The position numbers and the translations under genes were made by a program. From contig JBBRLQ010000002.1 of NCBI GenBank assembly GCA_038231275.1, positions 416,001-480,000 of the forward strand: a DNA stretch of 64,000 nucleotides, written 5' to 3'. The DNA comes from Polyangiales bacterium (GTDB lineage Bacteria > Myxococcota_A > Polyangia > Polyangiales > Polyangiaceae). Below are positions 44,762 through 55,217 of this stretch, piece by piece. Numbering within the stretch: the stretch's first letter is position 1; every line of letters starts with the position of its first letter. The notes beneath the pieces were generated by a model. The model was not told the origin of the DNA. It saw only the letters and a program-made list of their open reading frames with translations, and did no database searches.

Positions 44762-47323
44762 TTGGTGCTTCGCCCCGGGGACATCGTCGAGCGGTACGAG
44801 ATCGTGGAGCTTCTCGGAAAGGGAGGCATGGGCGAGGTGTACCGAGCGCACGACAAGCGCCTGCAGCGCGACGTGGCGCTCAAGATCCTGCGCGCCGCGG
44901 CGACCGCGACGGGGTCGGACGGCTCCGATGGAGCGACGATCGGCGGGGCGCGCATGCTCCGGGAGGCCCGCGCCGTCGCGCTCCTCGAGCACCCCAACGT
45001 CGTCGCGGTCTACGACGTCGGCGAGGTGGAGAAGCCCGAAGAGCTGAAGGGCATGACGTACCTCGCGATGGAGCTCGTCAAGGGGCGCCCCTTGCGCGAG
45101 TTTCTGGGGGAAAACTGGTCCATTCCGATCGCGCAGCGCATCCGATGGCTCACCGACGCCGCACGCGCGCTCGCGGCGGCCCACGCGCGCGGCCTCGTGC
45201 ACCGCGACGTCAAGCCCGAGAACATCATGATCCGCGAGGACGGCGTCGTGAAGGTCCTCGACTTCGGGATCGCCAAGCGCACGCACACCTCCCTCGATCC
45301 GACCGCCTCCACGGGGCAGGGACAGATCCTGCCGACTTTGAGCACGCAAGGCTTCATCGTCGGGACCCCGCACTACATGGCGCCGGAGCAGATGCGCGGC
45401 GAGACGATCGACGGGCGGGCCGACCAGTTCTCGTGGGGCGTCGTCGCGTACGAGCTGCTGTGCAACCGCGTCCCGTGGCACCCCGAAGGAGGCGACACTC
45501 TGCAGCTCGTCGCGCAAGTGCTCACCATGGATGCCGAGCCGCTCGTCCTGCAAAACCCCGAGGTCCCGCCGCCAATCGCGGCGGTCGTGATGCGCGCGCT
45601 CCACAAGGCGCGCGGCGAGCGCTTCGCGTCAATGGACGACCTCGTCGCCGCGCTCGAGGGAAAGGCGGCCCCAAGCGCCGCGCCGTCGGGAGCCGGTGAG
45701 GCGTCGACGGCTCCGCCCCCGAAGCGGAGCGACGCGGCTCCGGGACTCAGGCGCGCCGCCGCGTGGATCGCGGCAGGCGCCGTCGCGGCGGCGATCCTCG
45801 CTGCGGTGACCCTGCGTTCTTCGCCGAAGCCGGCACCCAACGGGACGCCTGCGCCGGCCGGGAGCTCCGCCGCCGATCCGGCGCGCTGCACGTCGAGCCG
45901 CGCGTGCAGCGACGCGCACAGCGGGGCCGCGTACCGCTGCCGGCGCGACGACGGAAGGTGCGTCGCACTCGCCTCCCCCGACTGCAAAGTGTTCGCGGAC
46001 GCGCGCGACCTCGAGAACGACGACACTGTGTGGTTCGGCAGCCTGTATCCGTTGACCGGCCCGGACGCCGCCGCGTTCGGCATCGTCGAGGCGCAAGCGG
46101 TTGAGCTCGCGCGGCAGGACTTCGCGCAAACGATGGGCAGCTTCGCCGCGACCAAACAAGGCACCGTTCATCCCCTCGGCCTCGTCTCGTGCGACGACGC
46201 GGCAGACGCGGCCCGCGCGGCGCGTCATCTCGACGACGTCGGCGTGCCTGGCGTCATCGGCTTTCGCTCCAGCGCCGAGGCCGTCGAGCTCGCCACCACG
46301 ACGTTCTTGCCGAAGGGCGTCATGACGGTGGTCGCGCTCAACACGAGCTCGCAGATCGCCAGCATCCCGCAGCCCCTAGGGCCGCGCCTCGTCTGGCGAA
46401 CCACCTACAACATCTCGGAGACGGCCGTTCCGCTCAGCGTGCTCGTCTCCACCGTCCTCGAGCCGCGCCTCAAGGCCGCGGGCGTGCCCGGCCCCGTGCG
46501 CGTGGCGCTCGTCCGCCCGAAGAACGCCGGTGCCCTCGGCTTCTCGAGCAAGCTCTTCGACACGCTCGCGTTCAACGGCAAGACGGCGCTCGAGAACGGC
46601 TCGGACTACCGCGAGCTCGTGTGGAACGACGGCGAGAATCAGGCCGAGAGCCTCGCGGAGGTCGCCACGGGCCTCGGCGCGTTCGCTCCGCACATCATCG
46701 TCTTTCAGGGAGACGATCGCCTCGTCAAGCTCGCCTTCGAGCCGCTCGAGGCGAGCTGGCCTGCGTCGCGGCCGTTCCGCCCGACGTACGTGACGATGAC
46801 CGTGCTCACCCCCGAGGTCTTTCGCTTCGTCGGGACCGACGGGGCGCGGCGCCGTCGCTTCTTCGGCCTCACCCCGGTCTCGACGACGCCGGTGAACGCA
46901 CGCTTCGTGATGCACTACAACGAGGTCTACAAGGAGCGGATCACCCGCACGGTGTCGCCGAACTCGTCGTACGACGCCTTCTACCTGCTCGCGTACGCGA
47001 CGTACGCGCTCGGCGACAAGCCGGTCACCGGCACGAGCCTCTCCGCTGCGGTGAGCCGCCTCGTCCCTCCCGGAAAGCCCGTCGAGGTAGGACCTACGCG
47101 CATCTTCGAAGCCTTTTCGGCGCTCCGCGGTGGGGGGAACATCGACCTCACCGGCGCCATGAGCAAGCTCGATTTCGATCTCGCGACGGGGGAGTCCCCG
47201 GTGGACCATGCGCTCTTGTGCGTCAACGTGGACGAAGGAAAGCGCGCCTTCGACAGCGTCGAGTCCGGTCTCGTCTACGTCGCGTCGACGGGCAAGCTCG
47301 AGGGCACGATGCGCTGCCCGTGA
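44762..47323 (+). CDS. Membrane Ser/Thr protein kinase with extracytoplasmic type-I periplasmic-binding-like domain
   Basis: GKGGMG, VALK, HRDVKPEN, DFG, GTPHYMAPE; TM; Cys-rich linker; CDD..., YDAFYLLAYA, GAMSKLDFD LIVBP-like features. Confidence 0.88.
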   Translation: MVLRPGDIVERYEIVELLGKGGMGEVYRAHDKRLQRDVALKILRAAATATGSDGSDGATIGGARMLREARAVALLEHPNVVAVYDVGEVEKPEELKGMTYLAMELVKGRPLREFLGENWSIPIAQRIRWLTDAARALAAAHARGLVHRDVKPENIMIREDGVVKVLDFGIAKRTHTSLDPTASTGQGQILPTLSTQGFIVGTPHYMAPEQMRGETIDGRADQFSWGVVAYELLCNRVPWHPEGGDTLQLVAQVLTMDAEPLVLQNPEVPPPIAAVVMRALHKARGERFASMDDLVAALEGKAAPSAAPSGAGEASTAPPPKRSDAAPGLRRAAAWIAAGAVAAAILAAVTLRSSPKPAPNGTPAPAGSSAADPARCTSSRACSDAHSGAAYRCRRDDGRCVALASPDCKVFADARDLENDDTVWFGSLYPLTGPDAAAFGIVEAQAVELARQDFAQTMGSFAATKQGTVHPLGLVSCDDAADAARAARHLDDVGVPGVIGFRSSAEAVELATTTFLPKGVMTVVALNTSSQIASIPQPLGPRLVWRTTYNISETAVPLSVLVSTVLEPRLKAAGVPGPVRVALVRPKNAGALGFSSKLFDTLAFNGKTALENGSDYRELVWNDGENQAESLAEVATGLGAFAPHIIVFQGDDRLVKLAFEPLEASWPASRPFRPTYVTMTVLTPEVFRFVGTDGARRRRFFGLTPVSTTPVNARFVMHYNEVYKERITRTVSPNSSYDAFYLLAYATYALGDKPVTGTSLSAAVSRLVPPGKPVEVGPTRIFEAFSALRGGGNIDLTGAMSKLDFDLATGESPVDHALLCVNVDEGKRAFDSVESGLVYVASTGKLEGTMRCP

Positions 47324-47327
47324 GCGC

Positions 47328-47549
47328 TCAGCGACTGCGCAGAGGCGCGGTTCCGGTCATCTCTCGACAGCACTCTGGGCAGCAATATTGGCCGCGGACG
47401 GCCCCGTCCGGTTGAGGAACGACACGCAGGCGCCAGCCGTACGCTGCGAGCGTGCCTGCGGTCCGCGTCTCCGGTGCGTCGATGTGGCACAGGAAGCACT
47501 CTCGGCGGCGGCCCTCGGTCTTTTTTGGTGCAGGGGGCTCGTTCGGCAT
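47328..47549 (-). CDS. Small putative zinc-finger protein (73 aa)
   Basis: CFLC...GW...YCCPEC; agagga upstream of ATG. Confidence 0.45.
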   Translation of the reverse strand: MPNEPPAPKKTEGRRRECFLCHIDAPETRTAGTLAAYGWRLRVVPQPDGAVRGQYCCPECCREMTGTAPLRSR

Positions 47550-47626
47550 GGTCGTCCGCGTCCTCTTGAAAAAGAAGGTGCGACCCCTAGAACGGACGCC
47601 CGCGGGCCCGCGATAGAGCGAAAGAG

Positions 47627-48181
47627 CTACTCCAGCCGTGCCGCCGCCGCCAAGACCTCCTCCGCGTGCACCGCCGGGTCCACCGACGGCCACACCTTGG
47701 CGATCTTCCCCTGCTTGTCGACGAGGAACGTCACGCGATCGTAGCCCCATAGCTTCTTCGACACGCCGTACGCCGCGCCCACGTTGCCCTGCTCGTCCGA
47801 CGCGAGCGGGAACGGCAGGTGCTCCTCGGCGCGGAACGATTTGTGGCTCGCGAGCGAGTTCGACGACACGCCGATGACGCTGACCTTCGCGGCCTCGAAC
47901 TTCGCCCACGTGTCGCGGAACGCGCACGCTTCCTTCGTGCAGCCGGGCGTGCCGTCTGCCGGATAGAAGTAGACGACGACCGCGTGGCCGCGCATCGACG
48001 AGAGGCGCACCTCGGCGTCGGCGCCGTCGTGCGCGGCGACGTCGGGGGCAGACGCGCCTACTGGCAGCAGCCCCTCGCCCCCGTCGGGCCGTTTGGCCGG
48101 ACCGCCGCAGCCGACGAAATAGATGGCCCCCGCGAGGACCAACCCGAAAATCCCAAGCAGCGAACGGCGGCGAACGGACAT
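47627..48181 (-). CDS. bcp: Peroxiredoxin Q / BCP, probable lipoprotein
   Basis: YFYPADGTPGCTKEACAFRD; N-terminal signal ending VGC. Confidence 0.9.
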   Translation of the reverse strand: MSVRRRSLLGIFGLVLAGAIYFVGCGGPAKRPDGGEGLLPVGASAPDVAAHDGADAEVRLSSMRGHAVVVYFYPADGTPGCTKEACAFRDTWAKFEAAKVSVIGVSSNSLASHKSFRAEEHLPFPLASDEQGNVGAAYGVSKKLWGYDRVTFLVDKQGKIAKVWPSVDPAVHAEEVLAAAARLE

Positions 48182-48235
48182 CGCCTCGAGGATACGCGCG
48201 ACCGCGACATGCGGTTGCCTCGCGCGCGAAGAAAA

Positions 48236-51163
48236 TTACCCGAGCAGCCCGAGCAGCTCGTCCTTGGTGATGCCGCCGGCGTGGTTCGCGTCGCCGAGCG
48301 CGACGTCGGCGAGCGCCCGCTTCTTGCCCTGGAGCTGGAAGATGCGCTCCTCGACGGTGTCCTTCGCCACCATCCGGTACACCATCACGGGCCGATCTTG
48401 CCCGATGCGGTGCGCGCGGTCGGCGGCTTGGTCCTCGACCGCCGGATTCCACCACGGATCGAGCAAGAAGACGTGATCGGCCGCGGTCAGGTTCAAGCCC
48501 GTGCCTCCCGCCTTGAGCGAGACCAGCATGACGGGCGGGCCGTCGTCCCTCTGGAAATCGGCGACGACGGCGCCGCGATCCTTCGTCGAGCCGTCGAGGC
48601 GCGTGAACGCGATATTTGCATTATGCAAGTGAGGCTCGACGAGATCGAGGAGGCTCGTCCACTGCGAGAAGACGAGCGCCTTGTGGCCTTCGGCGACGAG
48701 CTCGCCCAGCGCCTCGAGCAGGCGCTCGATCTTCGACGACGTCTCTCCTTCTTGGCCCGGCACGAGCTTCGAGTGGCACGCCGCCTGGCGCAGGCGGAGG
48801 AGCGCCTCCAAGACCGCGAGGACTCCGCCGCCGCCACCACCTGCGGCGAGCTTCTCGATCACGTCCTTGTGGGTCGCGACGCGGACGGCGTCGTAGACGG
48901 CGCGCTCGCGCTCGTCGAGCTCGACGTGGAGGACCTGATCGGTGCGCGGCGGGAGCTCGGGGAGGACGTCCTTCTTCATGCGGCGGAGGACGAACGGGCG
49001 GATCTTCGCGCGAAGGCGCGACGCGGCGTTGGGATCGCCCGCCGCGATCTGCGACACGTAGCGCGCCTGGAAATCGCTGCGACCGCCGAGGAGGCCGGGG
49101 TTCGCGAAGTGCATGACGCTCCACAGCTCCTCGAGGCGATTCTCGACGGGCGTGCCGCTGAGGGCGACCTTGAATTTCCCCTGCAGCTCGAACGCCGCGC
49201 GCGCCGTCTGGCTGCTCTCGTTCTTGATCGCCTGCGCTTCGTCGAGCACGACGACGTCCCACGGCTCGGAGGCGAGGACGTCGACGTCAAGGCGGAGGAC
49301 CGCGTACGTCGTGAGCGTGACGTCGGCGTCGTGATCGAGCTCGCGCTTGTTGCCGTGGTAGATGGCGGCGCGAAGGCTCGGGCGGAAGCGCGCGATCTCG
49401 TCGACCCAGTTGTAGACGACGCTCTTCGGGCACACGACCAGCGTGCGGCCGCGCAGCGCGCAGATGGTCTGGAGGGTCTTGCCGAGACCCATGTCGTCGG
49501 CGAGGACCGCGCCGAGCTCGGCGCCGCGAAGGAACGTGAGCCAGTCGACGCCGATCTCCTGGTAGCCGCGGAGTGTGGCGTTGATACCTGGCGGGAGCTC
49601 GGCGTGCGGGATGCCCTCGAAGCCGTCGATGAGCGGCGCGAGCTTGTCGGCGATGAGCGGGCGCGGCGCGTCGAGATCCTCGCACAGCGACGCGAGCGCA
49701 GGGAGAGCAGCGCGCGCGAGCTTCTTGTCGGGATCGCGCGCGGCGAGAAGATCGGCGACTTTGTGGCCGTGCTGCGCGAGCCAATCCGCGGGGAGCGGCG
49801 CCCAGCCTCCGCCATCGAGGGGCACCAGGTCGAGTCCGTCCTGCCACGCACGGATGACCGCGACGGCGTCGGCGCGGCGCGACGGGGCGGCGTTCTCCTC
49901 GTCGCCGGTATCCAGCTCGAAGACGACGTCGAACGACTCGCCGGTCGTGTCGAGGCGCGCGCGCAAGGGTCGCTCGTCGACGACAGATCCCTTGTCGTGA
50001 TCCCCGGAGCGCGTCTGCCAGTCGCGGAGCTTGGCGGCGAAGCGGATCGCCTCGGCGCCGTCGAGATCGACGCGGCGGCCGGGGACGAGGTTCAGCTCGT
50101 CGCGCAGCTTTCGCAAGAGCTCGCGCTCCACCTCGCGCTTGCGCACCGGCACGTCACGCCCGAGCGTCGTCACCACGTCCCCGTCGACGCGCGCGATCGG
50201 CGGATCGCCGTACACCAGCGACGGCAGCACAGACAGGGTGTGCCCCTTGTGCGAGAGATCCATCGCGATGCGCGGGCGCGCGTCGGTGGCCTTCTTGGGG
50301 AGGCGCTTGGCGGTGACGAGGACCTGGATCTTCTTCTCGAGCTCCGGCAGCACCTTCGTGACGAGCTCCGTCTCCTCGTGCTTCGCGAACGTACGCGAGA
50401 GCGGGAGGCGCTCGAGGAACTCGCCGGTCGTGCCGGTCTCGCCGAGGGGATGGATCGTGTCGCCGCAGCGCGCGACGCCCATCGCGATGACCTGCGTGAC
50501 GCGCGGATCTTTCTCCATGCGCAGGACCACGCCGCCCGGCGCGTCCTCGAGGATCGCGCGCGGGAGGATCGGCTCGGAGGAGACGGTCACGCGCGCCCCG
50601 TCGAACGTCACTTCGGCGCCGTGCGACAGCGCCTCGAGCACGTCGCCGACGCGCCCGAGGGGCATGACCTCGCGCGGCGGATTTCCGAGGATGCGATCGA
50701 TCTTCACGTCCTCGTGCGTCGGCGTGAACTCCTGGAGCTTGCCGCGCGCGAGATCCGCGGTGAGCGAGCCGACGCGCGCCTCGCGGCCGTCGGGGTGGAT
50801 GAGCGCGCGCACGATCGAGAGCGTGCGATCCTTCTTCGCGAGGCGGTACACGAGGCGCGGCGGCGCGACGGCCGCGTCGGCAGCTTCGGCGGTGGCCGCG
50901 GACGCGACGGTCCCCTGCGTCGCCGCGATCGTCGCGGCCGCCACGTGCGCGCACGGGTCGACCTTGCCGCCGCAGTCGCACGACCACTCCGCGTCCTCCA
51001 TGAAGAGCGTCACCGTCGGCGCCACCGCGTGCCCGGGCGCGCGCACGCGGAAGGTCGACGCGTCGCCCCCTGGAACAACGCTCCCCTCGCGCGCGAGCTT
51101 CACCCCCAGCGACCACACGCCGGGCAAGGTGGCTTTGCGTACGACTTCCAGGAAGGGCTGCAT
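48236..51163 (-). CDS. SWIM-domain SNF2 family helicase
   Basis: CDC...[45 protein letters not shown]. Confidence 0.93.
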   Translation of the reverse strand: MQPFLEVVRKATLPGVWSLGVKLAREGSVVPGGDASTFRVRAPGHAVAPTVTLFMEDAEWSCDCGGKVDPCAHVAAATIAATQGTVASAATAEAADAAVAPPRLVYRLAKKDRTLSIVRALIHPDGREARVGSLTADLARGKLQEFTPTHEDVKIDRILGNPPREVMPLGRVGDVLEALSHGAEVTFDGARVTVSSEPILPRAILEDAPGGVVLRMEKDPRVTQVIAMGVARCGDTIHPLGETGTTGEFLERLPLSRTFAKHEETELVTKVLPELEKKIQVLVTAKRLPKKATDARPRIAMDLSHKGHTLSVLPSLVYGDPPIARVDGDVVTTLGRDVPVRKREVERELLRKLRDELNLVPGRRVDLDGAEAIRFAAKLRDWQTRSGDHDKGSVVDERPLRARLDTTGESFDVVFELDTGDEENAAPSRRADAVAVIRAWQDGLDLVPLDGGGWAPLPADWLAQHGHKVADLLAARDPDKKLARAALPALASLCEDLDAPRPLIADKLAPLIDGFEGIPHAELPPGINATLRGYQEIGVDWLTFLRGAELGAVLADDMGLGKTLQTICALRGRTLVVCPKSVVYNWVDEIARFRPSLRAAIYHGNKRELDHDADVTLTTYAVLRLDVDVLASEPWDVVVLDEAQAIKNESSQTARAAFELQGKFKVALSGTPVENRLEELWSVMHFANPGLLGGRSDFQARYVSQIAAGDPNAASRLRAKIRPFVLRRMKKDVLPELPPRTDQVLHVELDERERAVYDAVRVATHKDVIEKLAAGGGGGGVLAVLEALLRLRQAACHSKLVPGQEGETSSKIERLLEALGELVAEGHKALVFSQWTSLLDLVEPHLHNANIAFTRLDGSTKDRGAVVADFQRDDGPPVMLVSLKAGGTGLNLTAADHVFLLDPWWNPAVEDQAADRAHRIGQDRPVMVYRMVAKDTVEERIFQLQGKKRALADVALGDANHAGGITKDELLGLLG

Positions 51164-51229
51164 CGAAGCAGGTCTATTTACCACGTGCTCGAAAAGCAGA
51201 CGCGCATGGACTAAAGGACGCGCCTAGAG

Positions 51230-52771
51230 ATGCCCGCTTTGACCCCCGAAGAGCTGGAGCGCACCGTCGCGATCCTCGACGCCCTGGTCAAGGATCGGAC
51301 CATGCTCTCTGCGATGCCCCGCGAGCAGCGTGTCGCTCTCCTGATGGCGGCGGGTCGGCTGTCGCGACCGCACCGACACGAGGTCGTGAAGCTCGCAAAG
51401 GCGTTCCGGAAGACGCAGAAGAGGACGGCGAATGACGAAGATCGCGCCGCGCGCGGGACGACGGAGATCCGCGCGGCGCGGCGGGCCGAGGTCTATGCGG
51501 CGCCGCTCGAGCTGCCGCCTGCCCACGCGCCGGACGAGGTGCGCGAGCTCAATACACCGCGCAATTGTTACGTCTGCAAGGCCGAGTACACGCGGCTGCA
51601 TTTTTTCTACGACGCGATGTGCGGCGAGTGTGCCGAGCTGAATTACCGGAAGCGCTTCCAGACCGCGCCGCTCGAGGGGCGCGTCGCGCTCATCACCGGC
51701 GCGCGCGTGAAGATCGGCTTCCAGGCCGCGCTCATGATGCTCCGCGCCGGCGCCAAGGTCATCGTCACGACGCGCTTCCCGCACGACGCCGCCGAGCGAT
51801 ACGCGCGCGAGGCGGATTTCGATCGCTGGCGAGAGCGGTTGCAAGTCCACGGCCTCGATCTGCGCCACTGCCCGAGCGTCGAGCTCTTCGCCGGCTACTT
51901 GAGCCAGACCGAGACGCGCCTCGATTTCTTGGTGAACAACGCGGCGCAGACCGTGCGCCGGCCGATCGGCTTCTACGCGCACCTCCTCGAGAACGAAGCG
52001 CGCGGGCCCTCCGAGCTGTCATCCGGCGCCGCGCACGTGCTTCGGGCGCATCAGGCATGCAAGGGAGCGCTGTCGATCGCGACCTCGCCGAGCGCGACGC
52101 CGTCGCTCGGTCCCTCGGACGCGACCGGCCTCGTGGGCTGGACCGACGGTGGACCCGGCATCGGCATCCGCGGCTCCGCGCAGCTCTCGCAGCTGCCCTG
52201 CACGTACGAGGACACGCAGACGCCGAGCGAGCTCTTCCCCGCCGGACGGCTCGACGCGGATCTCCAGCAGGTCGATTTGCGCGGCATGAACAGCTGGCGC
52301 ATGACGCTCGCCGACGTGCCGACGCCGGAGATGCTCGAGGTAAACCTCGTCAACGCCGTCGCTCCGTTCATCCTGTGCAGCAAGCTGAAGCCGCTGATGA
52401 TGAAGAGCCCGACCGGCGATCGTCACATCGTCAACGTGACCGCGATGGAAGGGATCTTCTCGCGCCACACCAAGACCGACAAGCACCCGCACACCAACAT
52501 GGCGAAGGCTGCGCTCAACATGATGACGCTGACGTCGGCGCCCGACTACGCGAAGAGCGGCATCTTCATGAACGCCGTCGACACCGGCTGGGTCACCGAC
52601 GAAGACCCCGCGCACATCTCGCTCCGAAAGCAGCGCGAGCACGATTTCCAGCCGCCGCTCGACATCGTCGATGGCGCCGCGCGCGTGTGCGATCCGTTCT
52701 TCCACGGGCTCAACACAGGCGAGCACGTGTTCGGAAAGTTCTTGAAGGACTACCGCGTCGCGGCCTGGTAA
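51230..52771 (+). CDS. Atypical SDR oxidoreductase with N-terminal zinc-finger-like segment
   Basis: CYVC...CGEC; ITGARVKIG; NNAAQT; HTNMAKAALN; VDTGWV. Confidence 0.85.
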   Translation: MPALTPEELERTVAILDALVKDRTMLSAMPREQRVALLMAAGRLSRPHRHEVVKLAKAFRKTQKRTANDEDRAARGTTEIRAARRAEVYAAPLELPPAHAPDEVRELNTPRNCYVCKAEYTRLHFFYDAMCGECAELNYRKRFQTAPLEGRVALITGARVKIGFQAALMMLRAGAKVIVTTRFPHDAAERYAREADFDRWRERLQVHGLDLRHCPSVELFAGYLSQTETRLDFLVNNAAQTVRRPIGFYAHLLENEARGPSELSSGAAHVLRAHQACKGALSIATSPSATPSLGPSDATGLVGWTDGGPGIGIRGSAQLSQLPCTYEDTQTPSELFPAGRLDADLQQVDLRGMNSWRMTLADVPTPEMLEVNLVNAVAPFILCSKLKPLMMKSPTGDRHIVNVTAMEGIFSRHTKTDKHPHTNMAKAALNMMTLTSAPDYAKSGIFMNAVDTGWVTDEDPAHISLRKQREHDFQPPLDIVDGAARVCDPFFHGLNTGEHVFGKFLKDYRVAAW

Positions 52772-53313
52772 CTCGGCGCGAGGAGCGCGGCGACGGCGAA
52801 GGAGCGCTGGAGCTCCGCGGGCGCGAACGGCAGCGCGATGTCGGCGACGTCGCCCTTGGTGAGCGTGATCGCGGCGGGAAGCGCGACGGCGACGGTCGAG
52901 TCGGCCTCCGACGCCGATCGAAAGAGGACCGTATCGTACGCGCCAGGTGCGACGTCGATGGGAGACTGGAACAGCGCGGCGACCGCGGCGTCGTCGGCGA
53001 CGTCGACCTCGCACGCGTGCGCGCTCGCGACCGGACACGCGTAGAGCGGCGATTCGCCGGACGCGCCCGACAGGACAATCCCGCGGATCGGCAGCGCGAC
53101 GCTCTTGGGGTCGACGATCGACGACACGTTTGCGGCGGTCGGGAGCGCCTTCGTCATGCGGAACGTCACGCGCGCGGTGGAGCGCTCGTGGCCGGTGATG
53201 ACATCGTCGGTACCGATGGACGTGCCGGGGGTGCAGGCGAGGGCGGCGAGGGCGACGCCGAGGACGGGCCAGACCGGCCAGAGGGAGGTGTTCGAGTGGC
53301 GGGAGGCGGACAT
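52750..53313 (-). CDS. Hypothetical lipoprotein
   Basis: Lipobox ALAC; aaggag RBS. Confidence 0.55.
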   Translation of the reverse strand: MSASRHSNTSLWPVWPVLGVALAALACTPGTSIGTDDVITGHERSTARVTFRMTKALPTAANVSSIVDPKSVALPIRGIVLSGASGESPLYACPVASAHACEVDVADDAAVAALFQSPIDVAPGAYDTVLFRSASEADSTVAVALPAAITLTKGDVADIALPFAPAELQRSFAVAALLAPSYQAATR

Positions 53314-53520
53314 GCGCGGCTCCTTTCAGGTGGGGCTGACGCGATGAACGACCGTTCGCGGAGAACCTGAAGGCGCTCCTCGAAACCCTGCCGAACGGCT
53401 CGCGCGCCTTCGCGATCCGGGCCGTCCGGGACACCGCCGCCTCGTGCGGGGCCGCGACGGATCCTGCACGATCCAGCGTAAATTATGAGGGTTTCCTCGC
53501 TTCGCGACGCCGGGAGGGGT

Positions 53521-53536
53521 TGGCGTGTGCCTTGCT
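53521..53536 (+). promoter_or_regulatory. Sigma54 (-24/-12) promoter
   Basis: TGGCGTGTGCCTTGCT with exact GG-N10-GC spacing, ending 13 nt before ATG 53550. Confidence 0.7.
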
Positions 53537-53549
53537 CTTCCCTGGATCG

Positions 53550-54515
53550 ATGAGCTCCCGATCCACGTGGACCCAGAGGCTGCGCCTCGCCGCCATCGCG
53601 GCTCCCGTCCTCGCGGGCGCCCTCGCGATGGGGAGCCGCGGCGCCCACGCCGACGACGCGGCCGACCTGAAGGCCGAGGCGACCGCCCGCTGCGCGATCC
53701 GACTCTCGATCGCCCTCCTCGGCGCAGGCGCCGACCCCGCCGTGCTCTCCTCCGCCGATCCGCAAGCCCATGTCGACGCGATGCTCGGCACGCCGGCGTT
53801 CGCCGATCGCTTCGCGCGTTTCGTGAACTCGGAGTTCAACGGCGGTCCGTCGACGGGGCCGACCGACGATCCGGTTTATTACCTGTCGAAGTACGTCGTC
53901 ACGCAGAATAAACCCTGGTCGGATCTCTTCATCGGCGGCTACGCGGTGACGGCGAACGCGACGGCGATGGACGTGACGGCCGACGCGAACGGCGTCGGGT
54001 ACTTCCGCTCTCCGTCTTGGATGCGCCGCTACGCGGGCAACGAGAACGCCGGCTACATGCTCTCGGCGTCGTTCCGCATTCTCAGCAACACGACCGGCCT
54101 CACGCTCACGCCGAGCGTCGGGCAGCCGGGGGACGATCGCACGGCGACCGGGCGCCTCCAGGAGCCGTGCAAGCAGTGCCACTTCGATTCGTGGTACGCG
54201 CTCGACAAGTTCGCGCGCCTCCTCCCGTTCCGGAAAGGCCAGGGCACTGCGATGACCTTCACGCCGCCGACCGCCGGCCCGCAGCCGCTCCTCGGCAAGA
54301 CGATCAACGACGACAAGGAGCTCGTGGAGACGCTCGTCGCGAGCGACGGGTGGCGCTTCAACCAGTGCCGGCTCGTCTTCAAGTTCCTCTACGGCCGCCC
54401 CGAGAACCAATGCGAGGCGCCGACGTTCGACTCGTGCGCCGACGCGCTCTCGAACGGCGGGACGATCCAGGCCGCGATCGCCGCGGTCGCCAAGGCTCCG
54501 GGGTTCTGCGAATGA
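53550..54515 (+). CDS. Exported protein with one CxxCH heme-c motif
   Basis: Signal peptide ending AHA; PCKQCHF; similar layout to DUF1585/DUF1549-type partners of DUF1501. Confidence 0.7.
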   Translation: MSSRSTWTQRLRLAAIAAPVLAGALAMGSRGAHADDAADLKAEATARCAIRLSIALLGAGADPAVLSSADPQAHVDAMLGTPAFADRFARFVNSEFNGGPSTGPTDDPVYYLSKYVVTQNKPWSDLFIGGYAVTANATAMDVTADANGVGYFRSPSWMRRYAGNENAGYMLSASFRILSNTTGLTLTPSVGQPGDDRTATGRLQEPCKQCHFDSWYALDKFARLLPFRKGQGTAMTFTPPTAGPQPLLGKTINDDKELVETLVASDGWRFNQCRLVFKFLYGRPENQCEAPTFDSCADALSNGGTIQAAIAAVAKAPGFCE

Positions 54516-55207
54516 GCCACAGCACCGGATACGCGATCGGCCTGTTTTTGGCCGCGGCCGTGGCGGCGTGCGCGCCGGACGGCGACCAGCTCCTCGGCGG
54601 CGGCGGCAACGGCGGCCCGAACGGCAGCGGCGATCCGAACGCGCAGGGCGCACCGGGCACGTCTGGAGGACCGGGTGACGCCACTCCGCCGACGCTCGAG
54701 TGCACGGCGAAGCCGCAAGGGCGCGCGTACATCGGCTTCGACGGCGCCGACATGAGCGCGGCGCGCGACAACGAGAACGTCGGCATCAACCGCGCCCGCC
54801 TCAAGCCGTACGCGGCGATGCAGTCGGAGTACCAGCGCGTCCTCGGCCTCGTCCCGCCGAGCCTCGCCGGATCCGCCGAGTCGTTCGACAGCCCGCCGCC
54901 GCGCTGGTTCATCGAAGCGCGCCAGACCGGCGTGTCGCTCTCGGCGATCTTCGACATCTCGTTCGAGGGGTGCATCGCCTTCACCAAGGACGCCGCCGAC
55001 TATGCCGCGATGCCTGACGCGACGTCGGCCGCGACCATGTGCACGTCGCTCATGAAGAAGGCGTGGAACCGCACCCCGTCGCCCGACGAGTCCGCCGCGT
55101 GCGTGACGCTCGCCACCTCCCAGCTCGCGTCGGAGGCGAACCCGCGCCGGCGCTGGGCGTACGTCTGCGCGTCGGTCCTGTCGTCGAGCAACTTCCTGAC
55201 GTTCTGA
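54512..55207 (+). CDS. Hypothetical lipoprotein
   Basis: Lipobox VAAC; C-terminal WAYVCASVLSSSNFLTF; ATGA overlap with upstream gene. Confidence 0.75.
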   Translation: MSHSTGYAIGLFLAAAVAACAPDGDQLLGGGGNGGPNGSGDPNAQGAPGTSGGPGDATPPTLECTAKPQGRAYIGFDGADMSAARDNENVGINRARLKPYAAMQSEYQRVLGLVPPSLAGSAESFDSPPPRWFIEARQTGVSLSAIFDISFEGCIAFTKDAADYAAMPDATSAATMCTSLMKKAWNRTPSPDESAACVTLATSQLASEANPRRRWAYVCASVLSSSNFLTF

Positions 55208-55217
55208 GGAACCCACC

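Noticed and set aside
47819-51214. 1131-aa plus-strand ORF
   Set aside because: Antisense shadow of the SNF2 helicase and bcp genes.
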